IMG/VR virus record: IMGVR_UViG_3300022848_000005 | Direction: 5' to 3' (one strand) | Source of the DNA: a virus | Lineage: Duplodnaviria; Caudoviricetes | Length of the DNA: 64,000 nucleotides | Part shown: positions 1 to 9,371 of the stretch, piece by piece | How the letters are laid out: every line of letters starts with the position of its first letter | Numbering within the stretch: the stretch's first letter is position 1 | Program-made: the position numbers and the translations under genes | Notes under the pieces: generated by a model | Told to the model about the DNA's origin: nothing | Database searches by the model: none | What the model saw: the letters and a program-made list of their open reading frames with translations, nothing else

Positions 1-1
1 T

Positions 2-532
2 CTGACTGTTACCAGCTTTGCCTACCTTTTGTCCAGTAATCATTGCGGAATTTAAAATACTGTTCCATTGTTCTTCCCAGTCTGGGTTAGAAGTATCGTT
101 CCAGTTAATTACTGTGTTGCTGATATTTTTTCCAGTGCCATCTCTGAGAGTTTCTGTAGTACTTAGAGCCTGAAATTTCAGGAATCCGCTGCCTGGTATA
201 CTGCGCTTAGGGTTATAGCTAACTAGCCGTGCTAGTCGCAGAATACTGTCTCTGCGCTCAGCAGTATCAATAAAGTTTTCACGGGAGTTTAAGTCTGCTC
301 TAAATGCTAGACTTTGTCCCATGTATGCAATTAAATCTATTAGAGCGATGTACTCACTTGATTCAGTAAAATCATTGAAGTCTTCAGGATAGTAAAGTTG
401 TAGATAGTCAATCATAGACTTTCGCAGAGTCGAGAAATCGTAACTCTGGAAGTCTGCCTCCCTGAAACTTTGATAGACTTTTTTCCAGTCTTCTGCGGCT
501 AAAAGCCCTACTTGTCGTTCGTTTATCGCCAT
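2..532 (-). CDS. gp6: Baseplate wedge subunit, T4 gp6-like (5' part; runs off the window start)
   Basis: My own translation from ATG at 532: MAINERQVGLLAAEDWKKVYQSFREADFQSYDFSTLRKSMIDYL...LIDLIAYMGQSLAFRADLNSRENFIDTAERRDSILRLARLVSYNPKR, the typical gp6 N-terminus. It lies next to gp25. Confidence 0.8.
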   Translation of the reverse strand, partial: MAINERQVGLLAAEDWKKVYQSFREADFQSYDFSTLRKSMIDYLQLYYPEDFNDFTESSEYIALIDLIAYMGQSLAFRADLNSRENFIDTAERRDSILRLARLVSYNPKRSIPGSGFLKFQALSTTETLRDGTGKNISNTVINWNDTSNPDWEEQWNSILNSAMITGQKVGKAGNSQ

Positions 533-578
533 ATTAAGTATACCTTTAAGTATTTATTGCAATTAAAATGTGCTACTT

Positions 579-959
579 TTATAAGTTGCCTACGCTAAGA
601 CCTTGAGATTCCTGATCAAATTGCAGTAGCAGAGACTCTGTAATGTCCTCTGCTAGGTAGGATAAATCTAACTCTACCTGCACTCCTTGCTCATACTCTA
701 CTACGTTTACACTGTTTACAGCTATTCTGGGGTCGTAACTTGCAATAGCCCGTATATCATCTATAATTGCCTGTTTAGTTGTGTCAGTAAGTGGGTCAAA
801 TACAATACTCCAGAGATTACTACCAAAATTTGGATTATGCAACTTCTCACCTTTTCTTATATGAAAGTGGTTGATTAGATCCTGTTTTGCTAATTCAAAA
901 TCAGTGTAGCGAATCTTTCTAGTATTATTTACTGTGCTGAACCCTTTATATGTTATCAT
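579..959 (-). CDS. gp25: Baseplate wedge subunit, gp25-like
   Basis: 126 aa with DLINHFHIRKGEKLHNPNFGSNL and YDPRIAV motifs of the gp25/GPW family. Confidence 0.85.
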   Translation of the reverse strand: MITYKGFSTVNNTRKIRYTDFELAKQDLINHFHIRKGEKLHNPNFGSNLWSIVFDPLTDTTKQAIIDDIRAIASYDPRIAVNSVNVVEYEQGVQVELDLSYLAEDITESLLLQFDQESQGLSVGNL

Positions 960-1756
960 TTCTTAACTCCTAATACGCTTATACCGTAAGCACCATGTTG
1001 TGCTAACGAGTCTGCTAATTTGTTTGATGTGTTTCCTGGCTGTGCGACTGTACGCCACTGTTTAGCGGCCGCTGGTCCCAACTTAGTACTTACTGCCATC
1101 ATTGCCCCTTGTAGTTCGGCAGTATCAGTAGGTTTTATGCCACCGTTGGACTGCATTTTGTTAAAAAATCCTGACAATGCATTCTTAAATCCTGTTTCCT
1201 GAGCTTTAGGGTTATTCAGAAAACCAGCCTTGTTTCCTGGCATGCTTCCTCCCTTCCAGCTCGACGGGTTGTTTACTATTTCAGAGGCGGATAACTGTCC
1301 TAATCTAAACTTATCACCTACTCCAGACTGAAGCATTCCAGCCTCTTGTAACATACTAGGATCCATTTTAAACTTTCCTAATAGTCCGTCGACGTCTGTG
1401 TTATATCTGCCTTCGGCAAAACCGGTGTTGAAGTTTGCAAGTTCTGTTGTTAGTCCGTCTAGTTGCCCCGCATTCAAGTTACCGAGCTCCTGTAAACCAC
1501 CATCCTTATTAAGCTGGTCTATGGACTGTTGAAATTTACTGGCGAGATCATCTGGCAAGTCTATGCCATCAGCTAATACTTCATTAAGTTGGTCAAACCC
1601 TTCTTCGGGAACCTCTAATGTTGCAAGTTGTCCAGAAAGTTTGGCAGTAATGCTATCGAAACCCTTAAAGTTTTTTATTTTATCAAATCCCTTTGTTACC
1701 TTGCTATCTAGTTTGGGATCATTAAAAAGAACATCTGCCTCTTCTGTTAAAGCCAT
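956..1756 (-). CDS. Hypothetical baseplate-associated protein, possibly a degenerate lysozyme-like C-terminal domain
   Basis: 266-aa ORF overlapping gp5 and gp25 in one operon. Function is inferred from position only. Confidence 0.5.
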   Translation of the reverse strand: MALTEEADVLFNDPKLDSKVTKGFDKIKNFKGFDSITAKLSGQLATLEVPEEGFDQLNEVLADGIDLPDDLASKFQQSIDQLNKDGGLQELGNLNAGQLDGLTTELANFNTGFAEGRYNTDVDGLLGKFKMDPSMLQEAGMLQSGVGDKFRLGQLSASEIVNNPSSWKGGSMPGNKAGFLNNPKAQETGFKNALSGFFNKMQSNGGIKPTDTAELQGAMMAVSTKLGPAAAKQWRTVAQPGNTSNKLADSLAQHGAYGISVLGVKK

Positions 1757-3321
1757 TATAATAGATTCCTGTAAAATCTAGCAATTTGCTCTGGTGTCTT
1801 AGGGTTAATTCTGCGAGGGTATGGTTCGTGTGTAGGTACCCAATTTAATATAGACTCTATACTGGGCTCTTTTTCTTCCTGCCAGATAACACCATCGCTA
1901 TTAACTACATCTGTGTACTTTTCTTTAGGCAACTTTTCTACAACAGGACTGCTTGGGGCTGGGCCACTATTAAGATTTATAGTGGATCCCTGGTAATTAA
2001 GAGTGGCGGCACAGTTCCAACCACTTGACGTCGTTGAATTTAATGCAATAGAACCATCAGTAAGCATAGTAAAGTCCTCGCCCTGATGCATTCGTGTGGT
2101 TTTTAGACTCTTCATATACATATCAGTAGTTTCTGTCTTAATTTTGTTCTTACCACGTATGTTTACTTCATTGCCTGCTTCTAGATTAATGTTGTTATCT
2201 GCACGTAAGTTAAGGTCTAGACCTGTTCTAATGTTTAGACTGTTATTACTAAAGATTGTTATCTGTCCGACAGCGTCTATCTCTATCCAGGCTAGACCGT
2301 TAGCATGCTGTATATGTATAAACTCTTCTGTGTCATGCATGGTGATCTGATGACCACGACTTGATCTGATTCGCACAAGGTTGTTTTGTCCTGCTACATC
2401 GCCATCATCCATAGTAAGGCTGTGACCGCCTCGCCTTGCTTTGTTGCCTTTGTTTACGTAATCTTTAACTTCGTCTGATTCGGCAGTTCCTGCTTTTAAT
2501 TTTCTAACAAGGGTAGCGTCTTGGGCTATGTCTTTACGGGTTCTGCCAGGAGTGCTAAAACCAAATACCTGACTAGGGGTATCTCTCTGTGCGCTACTAG
2601 TAATAGGTCCACGGTCTTTATCGTTCTGTATTCCTTGTACAATAAACTGTTTGTACAGGTCTTCGTGAATGCCCCTAGTTGAACCATAGAATGTTTCCAT
2701 CACAGACTCTTCTCCGTTACCGGCACCATCTTGATTCTGTGTTTTAAATTGCACTTCACCTACAGGAAACTTGATTCCTTCTAGGTCACTGGGGTTTTCA
2801 GTAAACCACTGTGTTAGACTTTCCTGAAAAGCTGGTATCATCAGATCGCTCTGGTACTCAGCACCAAAGTTAACTACACTACCGTTCTGGTCATTATAGC
2901 TTCTAGAACCTATACTAGGTACCATGTGGTTCTTAAGGGGTTCAGGAATGCAACCTATCCAGTATGCCTTGTTAATATCATGTTCAGCGAAGATAATCAT
3001 AACCCTAACACCTATATCAGGCGGCACCATCCAGAAGCCGTAGCTCTGTTGTGTTTTGTCGTATCTCTTGCCTTCTTCCGATGCGTTCATGTTTGTAAAG
3101 CCCATAAAAGGACTTAGGTACTGGCAAATTACCCAGCCGGTGGGATCCTCGGGATTAACACTGCCCAATGATGGTATGTAAACCTGAAGTCTGCCGTTTC
3201 TAGAATAATCTATGTTATTCTTTATAACTCCTATCCAGGGCCCAGCACTAATTAAATCTCCGGAATGTACCGACTGAAGATTTTTTATACTTGCAAATTT
3301 TTCTGTGTTATTAACCGCCAT
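1756..3321 (-). CDS. gp5: Baseplate hub/spike protein, gp5-like (OB fold plus beta-helix)
   Basis: GRLQVYIPSLG...YGFWMVPPDIGVRV...YWIGC OB-fold signature, then GHSLTMDDG / IRSSRGHQITMHD / WIEIDAVGQITIFS repeats. Confidence 0.75.
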   Translation of the reverse strand: MAVNNTEKFASIKNLQSVHSGDLISAGPWIGVIKNNIDYSRNGRLQVYIPSLGSVNPEDPTGWVICQYLSPFMGFTNMNASEEGKRYDKTQQSYGFWMVPPDIGVRVMIIFAEHDINKAYWIGCIPEPLKNHMVPSIGSRSYNDQNGSVVNFGAEYQSDLMIPAFQESLTQWFTENPSDLEGIKFPVGEVQFKTQNQDGAGNGEESVMETFYGSTRGIHEDLYKQFIVQGIQNDKDRGPITSSAQRDTPSQVFGFSTPGRTRKDIAQDATLVRKLKAGTAESDEVKDYVNKGNKARRGGHSLTMDDGDVAGQNNLVRIRSSRGHQITMHDTEEFIHIQHANGLAWIEIDAVGQITIFSNNSLNIRTGLDLNLRADNNINLEAGNEVNIRGKNKIKTETTDMYMKSLKTTRMHQGEDFTMLTDGSIALNSTTSSGWNCAATLNYQGSTINLNSGPAPSSPVVEKLPKEKYTDVVNSDGVIWQEEKEPSIESILNWVPTHEPYPRRINPKTPEQIARFYRNLL

Positions 3322-5792
3322 TATTGATTAAATCCTGTTTTAAAACTGCCAGTCTGAATTGCACGGGTTTGTGCTTTGGTCAGAGCAGTCTGGTTTTGAG
3401 AGGCTGTTTGTGTGGCAGGGGCACGGGCGTTTGTGTTGGCCGCTAACCCCGTAAACACACTGGATCCGTTAGATGTAACTATGTTTGACTGTATGCCTGG
3501 TATTCCTGCAGACAAATTGTCTGCGTCAGACTGCAACGCAGGCATATTGGCCGCTAACCCCGTAAACACACTAGTACCAGGACTAAAAGAGCTTAGGCTT
3601 CCAGCAATTGTGCTTCCTATACTGGTTACGTTACCGCCTGATTTCTTAGGTTCTGTGCCTAGTCCAGGCTGATTAAACAACCTAACGGTAGTTAGTACCT
3701 GTGTGAACTGACCACCACTAAAGTTGCTGTTGACTTCAATAATCTTGTACACTCCGCTATACGCACTGTCAAAATATGCTGGGTTATTAGATTTTACTAA
3801 CATTCCAGTATTTTCGTCCCAGTCCTGTGGGCTCTTATAATTTATAAGACAGGTAAGTTCGTCTTCAGAGTTTAAGATGTTTAAACTATTACCTGCAATA
3901 ACATTTTCGTTGTATCCTACCAAAAAGTCAGGATCCCCTATAATAGTTAACTTAACTTCCACCATGTCTCCCATGGAGTTTGTATACTGATTGTTAATTA
4001 GTACTCTGTCGTCCTGTTGTTCGTAATCACTGGATTCCGTAGCCTGTCCACTTTCAATATCAGCATTTGTGTTCTCTGACTGCTGTGGCTGGATACCACT
4101 AGTTGTTTGTGAATCACCAGCATCTGTTTTCGATACTCTATTTCCAGTGTCACCAGAACGAGTAACCTCGCCAGATGCCAATACATATTTGGCAGGATTG
4201 CCCAATACTTGCTGATAATACAAAGCATCAAACTTTATATTAAAGTCTATTACAGAATCGTTTTTTCCTGTAAAGATATAGTCGTAACGCTTAACCGGTT
4301 TAGTTTCTCCCCAACCCGGATAGGATGCAACAGTTCTATTAGAGACGTTATACTTTGATATCACAAAGGTGTTTTCCCTGGCATACTTCTGTAGACTAAC
4401 GTTAAACTGTTTAATTGTTTTTTTATTTCTTGTCCTAAACCAACTTAATGGCTTTCCAACGTCTTCAGATAGTTTTTCTAATGCCGCCTGCTTGACTTTG
4501 GGATCAGTCATATTCCCTATCTTGTTAATATTTTCTGGACTTAATTTCTGAGACTTTATGTAACTACTCTGTTGTATAATTATTGTGTTAATCATCTTAA
4601 TAATATTTGTGCCAGCACTAAAATCAATTTTTATATCCCCTGACGGTATCTTTTTCTGTGCGTCAATAAATGCATGACTCGCTGTTACATCAAATGCGCC
4701 TTGCGGTGTGGGCACCATAGATGTTTTGTCAGCAGACTTAACATCGTTGTTAAACTTAATGGGGGCGTTTTTTATTTCGTCGTCTATCTCAAATTTTATT
4801 GTGTGGCAAAAATTGTCGCCAGCAACAATATCAGGATCTGCTTTCTTTTGTTTTTCCAGAGATACCTTGTAGTAGTTGTTATAGAATTCTGTTAAATCGT
4901 TAAAGAAATCTCCCACAGTCTTGCTTTTACTGCTGAAGTTTTCGTGTATGCTACACTCATTACTAAACAAGGCACTGTCGCTATATGCAACTGCTTGCAC
5001 ATCGTACTCACCACCTGACTTGCTTACTCTGTGTTGTATTTCTGTAAATTTAATAGGAGTAATAAAAGGCACACTACTTTCTTTAAAGGTATTGCTGTCT
5101 TCTATATTATCATATCCTTTAAACTGTATAGATAGAGAATAGGGCACATCTAGATAGTTCTTTATGCCCATATCCTGACATAAAGCCAGTAACCTATTAA
5201 AAAACGTAAGACCGCCGGGCTCTGTAATAGTAAAATTAATTGATGTTGCATTTGAACCACCAGTGACTTTGTTAAGTCCAATTATACTATTCAGATCTAA
5301 ATCGTCAATGTAGAAGTCAACATCAAAATATGCGGCTCGGCGTTCTTTTAGGATACCACCAGACGCTATCATTATGTTTTGATCTAAAGAGTCATAGTCG
5401 CCGTCATTAAATGCGTTCAACATGTCAGGAGTCATTACACCCAGTTTAATATTATATGTGTAATTTAAAAACTCGTTAAGTGGGTTTTTTCTTATTCCAC
5501 TAGTGCCTTGTTGGGTAACTAGGTTTTTGTCACCGTGATCAAATACGCCTGCAGGATCAAACTTGCTTACAAGGTTTACTGCACTGCCAAGGTCCGCAGG
5601 TATTATACCACCCGCTAGGTTAAATGGTGACGGTGCCCGAGGCTCTTTAGGTGGTTGCGCATCAGCCTGATTAGCTAGCCCAACGGGTCCTATATTGCCA
5701 CCGTTACTGCCTGCTATACCTGCGCCTGACGTAGATGTGGTAACGTTTGGATTTAACCTACGCTGTTGAGCGGCACTTAATCCATCAGCCAT
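3321..5792 (-). CDS. Baseplate hub/tail-associated protein (gp27-like position)
   Basis: 823 aa between the gp53-like gene and gp5, with NPLNEFLNYTYNIKL, LTIIGDPDFL and YSGVYKIIEVNSNFSGGQFTQVL motifs seen in myovirus hub proteins. Confidence 0.5.
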   Translation of the reverse strand: MADGLSAAQQRRLNPNVTTSTSGAGIAGSNGGNIGPVGLANQADAQPPKEPRAPSPFNLAGGIIPADLGSAVNLVSKFDPAGVFDHGDKNLVTQQGTSGIRKNPLNEFLNYTYNIKLGVMTPDMLNAFNDGDYDSLDQNIMIASGGILKERRAAYFDVDFYIDDLDLNSIIGLNKVTGGSNATSINFTITEPGGLTFFNRLLALCQDMGIKNYLDVPYSLSIQFKGYDNIEDSNTFKESSVPFITPIKFTEIQHRVSKSGGEYDVQAVAYSDSALFSNECSIHENFSSKSKTVGDFFNDLTEFYNNYYKVSLEKQKKADPDIVAGDNFCHTIKFEIDDEIKNAPIKFNNDVKSADKTSMVPTPQGAFDVTASHAFIDAQKKIPSGDIKIDFSAGTNIIKMINTIIIQQSSYIKSQKLSPENINKIGNMTDPKVKQAALEKLSEDVGKPLSWFRTRNKKTIKQFNVSLQKYARENTFVISKYNVSNRTVASYPGWGETKPVKRYDYIFTGKNDSVIDFNIKFDALYYQQVLGNPAKYVLASGEVTRSGDTGNRVSKTDAGDSQTTSGIQPQQSENTNADIESGQATESSDYEQQDDRVLINNQYTNSMGDMVEVKLTIIGDPDFLVGYNENVIAGNSLNILNSEDELTCLINYKSPQDWDENTGMLVKSNNPAYFDSAYSGVYKIIEVNSNFSGGQFTQVLTTVRLFNQPGLGTEPKKSGGNVTSIGSTIAGSLSSFSPGTSVFTGLAANMPALQSDADNLSAGIPGIQSNIVTSNGSSVFTGLAANTNARAPATQTASQNQTALTKAQTRAIQTGSFKTGFNQ

Positions 5793-5795
5793 GTC

Positions 5796-6101
5796 TTAGA
5801 GTCCTAATGCACTGTTAACAGTGTCTTTGTTGGGAATATAGATTGTTGTGCCAGTGGCAAAATCAAAAATAGGATCACGTAGTGTATTAGGGTTACGTGC
5901 CATAAACACCCACCATAAATTAACATCCTGATACAAGTCAAACGCCATTAAATCTGGTCTGTACTTGTAGGTTTCTGTAATCATGTATTCTATATCACCA
6001 CGGTTTGCTGGGATCTTCCTGTAGTTTAGTACGTCCAAATACTTGTTGTTGACAACATTGGTATTGAAGTAAGGACTTGATCTTTTATAGGTGACAGACA
6101 T
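5796..6101 (-). CDS. gp53: Baseplate wedge protein, gp53-like (LysM-like)
   Basis: YKYRPDLMAFDLYQDVNLWWVFMARN...DPIFDF...IYIP motif. Confidence 0.7.
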   Translation of the reverse strand: MSVTYKRSSPYFNTNVVNNKYLDVLNYRKIPANRGDIEYMITETYKYRPDLMAFDLYQDVNLWWVFMARNPNTLRDPIFDFATGTTIYIPNKDTVNSALGL

Positions 6102-7069
6102 TATAAGAATCCTCCATTGCCTTTAAGCAGTGAGCCCTTACTAAAATCTTCCCAGGTAAACTTGTTAGCTATAGTGCTTCTACTGTATACCGGCTGTAGA
6201 CTTACTTGTATCGACGACTTTGTTGGGATCCTGGCTCGCTTGCTAGAGGACTGTACCCGTCTGACTTGTCCGGGTGTTTGGAATTGTGCGCCAAGTTGAT
6301 TAGTAATTGTGCTTGTGCTCGTGGCTAATCCTGTTTGTAATGCCTGCAATTGCGGCGGTAATATACTGCCTAACACAAGAGTATTAGTTGTTAACCCAGG
6401 CTGTACTGTGCATTCTATATAGTCTGTGTTGCTAGGCATTGTGTGAGTAAAGTTAGTTACTACACAAGAAACATGAGGCAGATAATAATCACCGTATCCA
6501 TCTATATAAACGATTGGAGGCGGGTTGCCTGAATTAGGTCCACCGTAGAACATCTTGGTTGCTGATCTAAAAAACCATATCATGCCTAAAACATACCGTG
6601 CCTGATCTTCTGTCTGTGCAGTGAAATCTGCACTAATGCTGATAGCACCTACCTCACTGTTATTGTAAAAGTAGCTAGGGAAGTTGCTGTGTGTGGGTGT
6701 CAGTGACCCGTAACTTGCATTGTGTGTTACAGCAATATTAGGAGTAAAAGGAAAAACCACTCCGTTGGCTTCAGATAATGCACTCATTGGGCCTGTACTA
6801 AAATCAAAGGGACCTGCTAGAGGAGCAGTTACTTTGACTTTCCAGTCATTTTCTGCGGCTAGATTACCGCCCTGAATACTACCAAAGAATACTTCTGGCA
6901 AGCTGTCTGACCGCTTTCTTTTCCCCCCAGGCATAAGATTGTTAATGTTTAGTCTTGATAGACTGGGGTTACTAATTAATTCTGTGGCCTTTTTGGCTAT
7001 GTCCTGTGCTTGGCCAGTTATCCCGTTGGATTTATTGGTTAAGTTGGACAAAAAATTCTTAAATGGCAT
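6101..7069 (-). CDS. Baseplate tail-tube initiator/cap, gp48/gp54-like
   Basis: VVFPFTPNI, ISISADFTAQ and NPPPIVYIDGYGDYYLPHVSCVVTNFTHTMP motifs, in the baseplate operon. Confidence 0.55.
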   Translation of the reverse strand: MPFKNFLSNLTNKSNGITGQAQDIAKKATELISNPSLSRLNINNLMPGGKRKRSDSLPEVFFGSIQGGNLAAENDWKVKVTAPLAGPFDFSTGPMSALSEANGVVFPFTPNIAVTHNASYGSLTPTHSNFPSYFYNNSEVGAISISADFTAQTEDQARYVLGMIWFFRSATKMFYGGPNSGNPPPIVYIDGYGDYYLPHVSCVVTNFTHTMPSNTDYIECTVQPGLTTNTLVLGSILPPQLQALQTGLATSTSTITNQLGAQFQTPGQVRRVQSSSKRARIPTKSSIQVSLQPVYSRSTIANKFTWEDFSKGSLLKGNGGFL

Positions 7070-7137
7070 GGGGTTTCCTTTGCATTATGTATTTATTGGT
7101 GTTATAATATGCTAATATAAAGAAGGTAAATAATAAC

Positions 7138-8046
7138 ATGCGCAAAAAGAATTATCTTAATAACAAAGACATATTAAAAGAAATACACAAATCAAAGAAT
7201 ACCTACTGTTATTTTAGCGATCCCAGTATTGCAGATTATGACATGATCCTACTTAACGTAGATAAAATTCATAAAACAAACATTAAAGAAGCACTTAAAC
7301 TACGTGCTGACCGTCTATCAAAACTTGCGGTTGAAGCGGCACAGGCAGCAGATCCCAAGACAAAGGTTAAATTAGACGAATTTAAAATAAAGGCCGGTAG
7401 TATTCCTGTTACTGATTTGATATTTAGAGTTATGACTTTTGAACATATCCCGCTTAAGGAACCTAAAAAATCTTTGAGCAAGGGAGAGACTGTCGATGAA
7501 GACGAAGTAGAAGTAGTTGAAGAGTACGAACCAGATCCAGCTAAAAGAGCTAAAAAATTTCGTGCAAAGTATCTTAAATTAAACTTCCCACCGTTCTTTC
7601 ATTACAAAATTAACGAAGAATGCGAGCCTTATTTGGTGGGTAAGAGTCATTGGAAGGGTGAGTTAGACACAGGTGAGTTTTGCAAAGAGCACGGCACCAT
7701 GACCAACAAACTAGCACACATGTTTATGAAACTGTGCGAGCGTTATGCTACTCGTAGTAACTGGCGTGGATACACATACAATGACGAGATGCGTAGCCAG
7801 GCATTGCTACAGTTAGCACAAATAGGGTTACAGTTTGACGAGTCTAAGTCACAAAATCCTTTTGCTTACTACACTGCCGCTATTACAAACAGTTTTACCA
7901 GAGTATTGCACATCGAAAAGAAAGTTCAGAGCATACGTGATGACATACTAGAGATGAATAACTTTACGCCTAGTTCTACTAGACAGAACGCAGAGGTCTG
8001 GGAACGAGAAGAAGGACGTAATCATCCTGGTAAACTTAACTCTTGA
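7138..8046 (+). CDS. gp55: Late-transcription sigma factor, gp55-like
   Basis: NYLNNKD, YATRSNWRGYTYNDEMRSQALLQL and FDESKSQNPFAYYT motifs; sits upstream of gp47-gp46 as in T4. Confidence 0.75.
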   Translation: MRKKNYLNNKDILKEIHKSKNTYCYFSDPSIADYDMILLNVDKIHKTNIKEALKLRADRLSKLAVEAAQAADPKTKVKLDEFKIKAGSIPVTDLIFRVMTFEHIPLKEPKKSLSKGETVDEDEVEVVEEYEPDPAKRAKKFRAKYLKLNFPPFFHYKINEECEPYLVGKSHWKGELDTGEFCKEHGTMTNKLAHMFMKLCERYATRSNWRGYTYNDEMRSQALLQLAQIGLQFDESKSQNPFAYYTAAITNSFTRVLHIEKKVQSIRDDILEMNNFTPSSTRQNAEVWEREEGRNHPGKLNS

Positions 8047-8070
8047 CATTTGTCCTAGATGCTGTAAAAT
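8043..8070 (+). promoter_or_regulatory. Sigma70-like promoter for gp47
   Basis: TTGACA (8043-8048), 16-nt spacer, TAAAAT (8065-8070). Confidence 0.5.
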
Positions 8071-8076
8071 TATAGC

Positions 8077-9090
8077 ATGCCTGCATTTAAACGAGCCGCA
8101 GTATTTACGGATATACACTTTGGATTAAAGTCTAACAGTCAGTTGCACAATGATGACTGTTTAAACTTTGTTGACTGGGTTATTAAAACAGCAAAAGAAA
8201 AAGAATGTGATACCTGTATAATGATGGGAGACTGGCATAATAATCGTGCAAGTATAAACATTGTTACACTTAACTACAGTCTTAAAGCCCTAGAACGTTT
8301 AGGCAAGGCGTTTAACCGAGTGTTGTTTATCCCTGGCAATCACGACTTGTACTACAGAGACAAACGTGAGGTGCAGTCAGCAGAGTGGGCTAAACATATC
8401 CCTAATATTCAAATAGTCAATGACTTTTATAATGAAGATGATATTGTAATTGTGCCTTGGTTAGTAGGTGACGAGCATAAAAAGATACCTAAGATGTCTG
8501 GCAAGTTTATGTTTGGACATTTTGAGTTGCCTAATTTTTATATGAATGCTATGATACAGATGCCAGATCATGGTGAGATAAAAAATGAACACTTTGGTGG
8601 CATAGAGCATGTGTTTAGTGGACACTTCCACAAACGTCAAACACAAGGCAATATCACATACACAGGCAATGCCTTCCCTCACAACTATGCAGATGCAGGA
8701 GATGATGATCGTGGTTTAATGATACTGGACTGGTCAGGTGAGAAGGAATTTATCAGTTGGCCCGATCAACCTAGTTACCGTGTGTTTGACCTTAGTCAAA
8801 TAATAGATCATGCAGACACATTACTAAGACCTAACATGCATGTTAGGGTTAACTTAGATATTGAGATCAGTTACGAAGAAGCAAATTTTATTAAAGACAC
8901 CTTTGTAGGCACACACAAACTACGTGAGATTACGTTACTGCCTAAAAAGAACGAACACAGCAATCAAGCCACTACCGCTGTGCGGATAGAGTTTAAAAGT
9001 GTAGATCAAATCGTAACAAATCAGATCACAGCTATTGACAGCAATCAGTTTGACAAGAAGTTATTGTTAGACATCTACCAAAATTTATAG
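8077..9090 (+). CDS. gp47: Recombination endonuclease subunit, gp47/SbcD/Mre11-like
   Basis: Metallophosphoesterase motifs DIHFG, GDWH, GNHD, GHFE and SGHFH. Confidence 0.9.
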   Translation: MPAFKRAAVFTDIHFGLKSNSQLHNDDCLNFVDWVIKTAKEKECDTCIMMGDWHNNRASINIVTLNYSLKALERLGKAFNRVLFIPGNHDLYYRDKREVQSAEWAKHIPNIQIVNDFYNEDDIVIVPWLVGDEHKKIPKMSGKFMFGHFELPNFYMNAMIQMPDHGEIKNEHFGGIEHVFSGHFHKRQTQGNITYTGNAFPHNYADAGDDDRGLMILDWSGEKEFISWPDQPSYRVFDLSQIIDHADTLLRPNMHVRVNLDIEISYEEANFIKDTFVGTHKLREITLLPKKNEHSNQATTAVRIEFKSVDQIVTNQITAIDSNQFDKKLLLDIYQNL

Positions 9091-9096
9091 TATAAT
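9068..9096 (+). promoter_or_regulatory. Sigma70-like promoter for gp46
   Basis: TAGACA, 17-nt spacer, TATAAT (9091-9096). Confidence 0.5.
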
Positions 9097-9104
9097 ACAA
9101 ACCT

Positions 9105-9371
9105 ATGTTCAAGATTACTGATATTAGTGTGAAAAATTTTATGAGCGTTGGAAACAGCACTCAGGGTATTCGGTTTGACAGAAATGACCTAACACTTGTA
9201 CTGGGGCAGAATTTAGACCTAGGTGGTGATGACACAGGCGCACGTAATGGTACAGGCAAGTGTCTTTGTATAAATACATTAGTAAAAGTTCGAAATACAG
9301 AAACCGGCGAAGTAACAGAACTTACTATGGGAGAATTGTATAATGCCGCGGTGGGACAACAGCCTAAATGA
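9105..9371 (+). CDS. gp46: gp46 (SbcC/Rad50-like ATPase) N-extein of 52 aa fused to a split-intein N-fragment
   Basis: KNFMSVGN...LTLVLGQN...GARNGTGK Walker A motif, broken after Lys and continuing as CLCINTLVKV (intein block A). Confidence 0.9.
   Translation: MFKITDISVKNFMSVGNSTQGIRFDRNDLTLVLGQNLDLGGDDTGARNGTGKCLCINTLVKVRNTETGEVTELTMGELYNAAVGQQPK
9261..9368 (+). mobile_element. Split intein N-fragment, 36 aa
   Basis: Cys1 codon TGT at 9261; CLCINTLVKVRNTETGEVTELTMGELYNAAVGQQPK then a stop codon. Confidence 0.85.

Noticed and set aside
3436-3572. 26-nt direct repeat TTGGCCGCTAACCCCGTAAACACACT at 3436 and 3547, superficially a mini CRISPR array
   Set aside because: Only two copies, 111 nt apart, in frame within a CDS (SVFTGLAAN twice), with no cas genes or leader.
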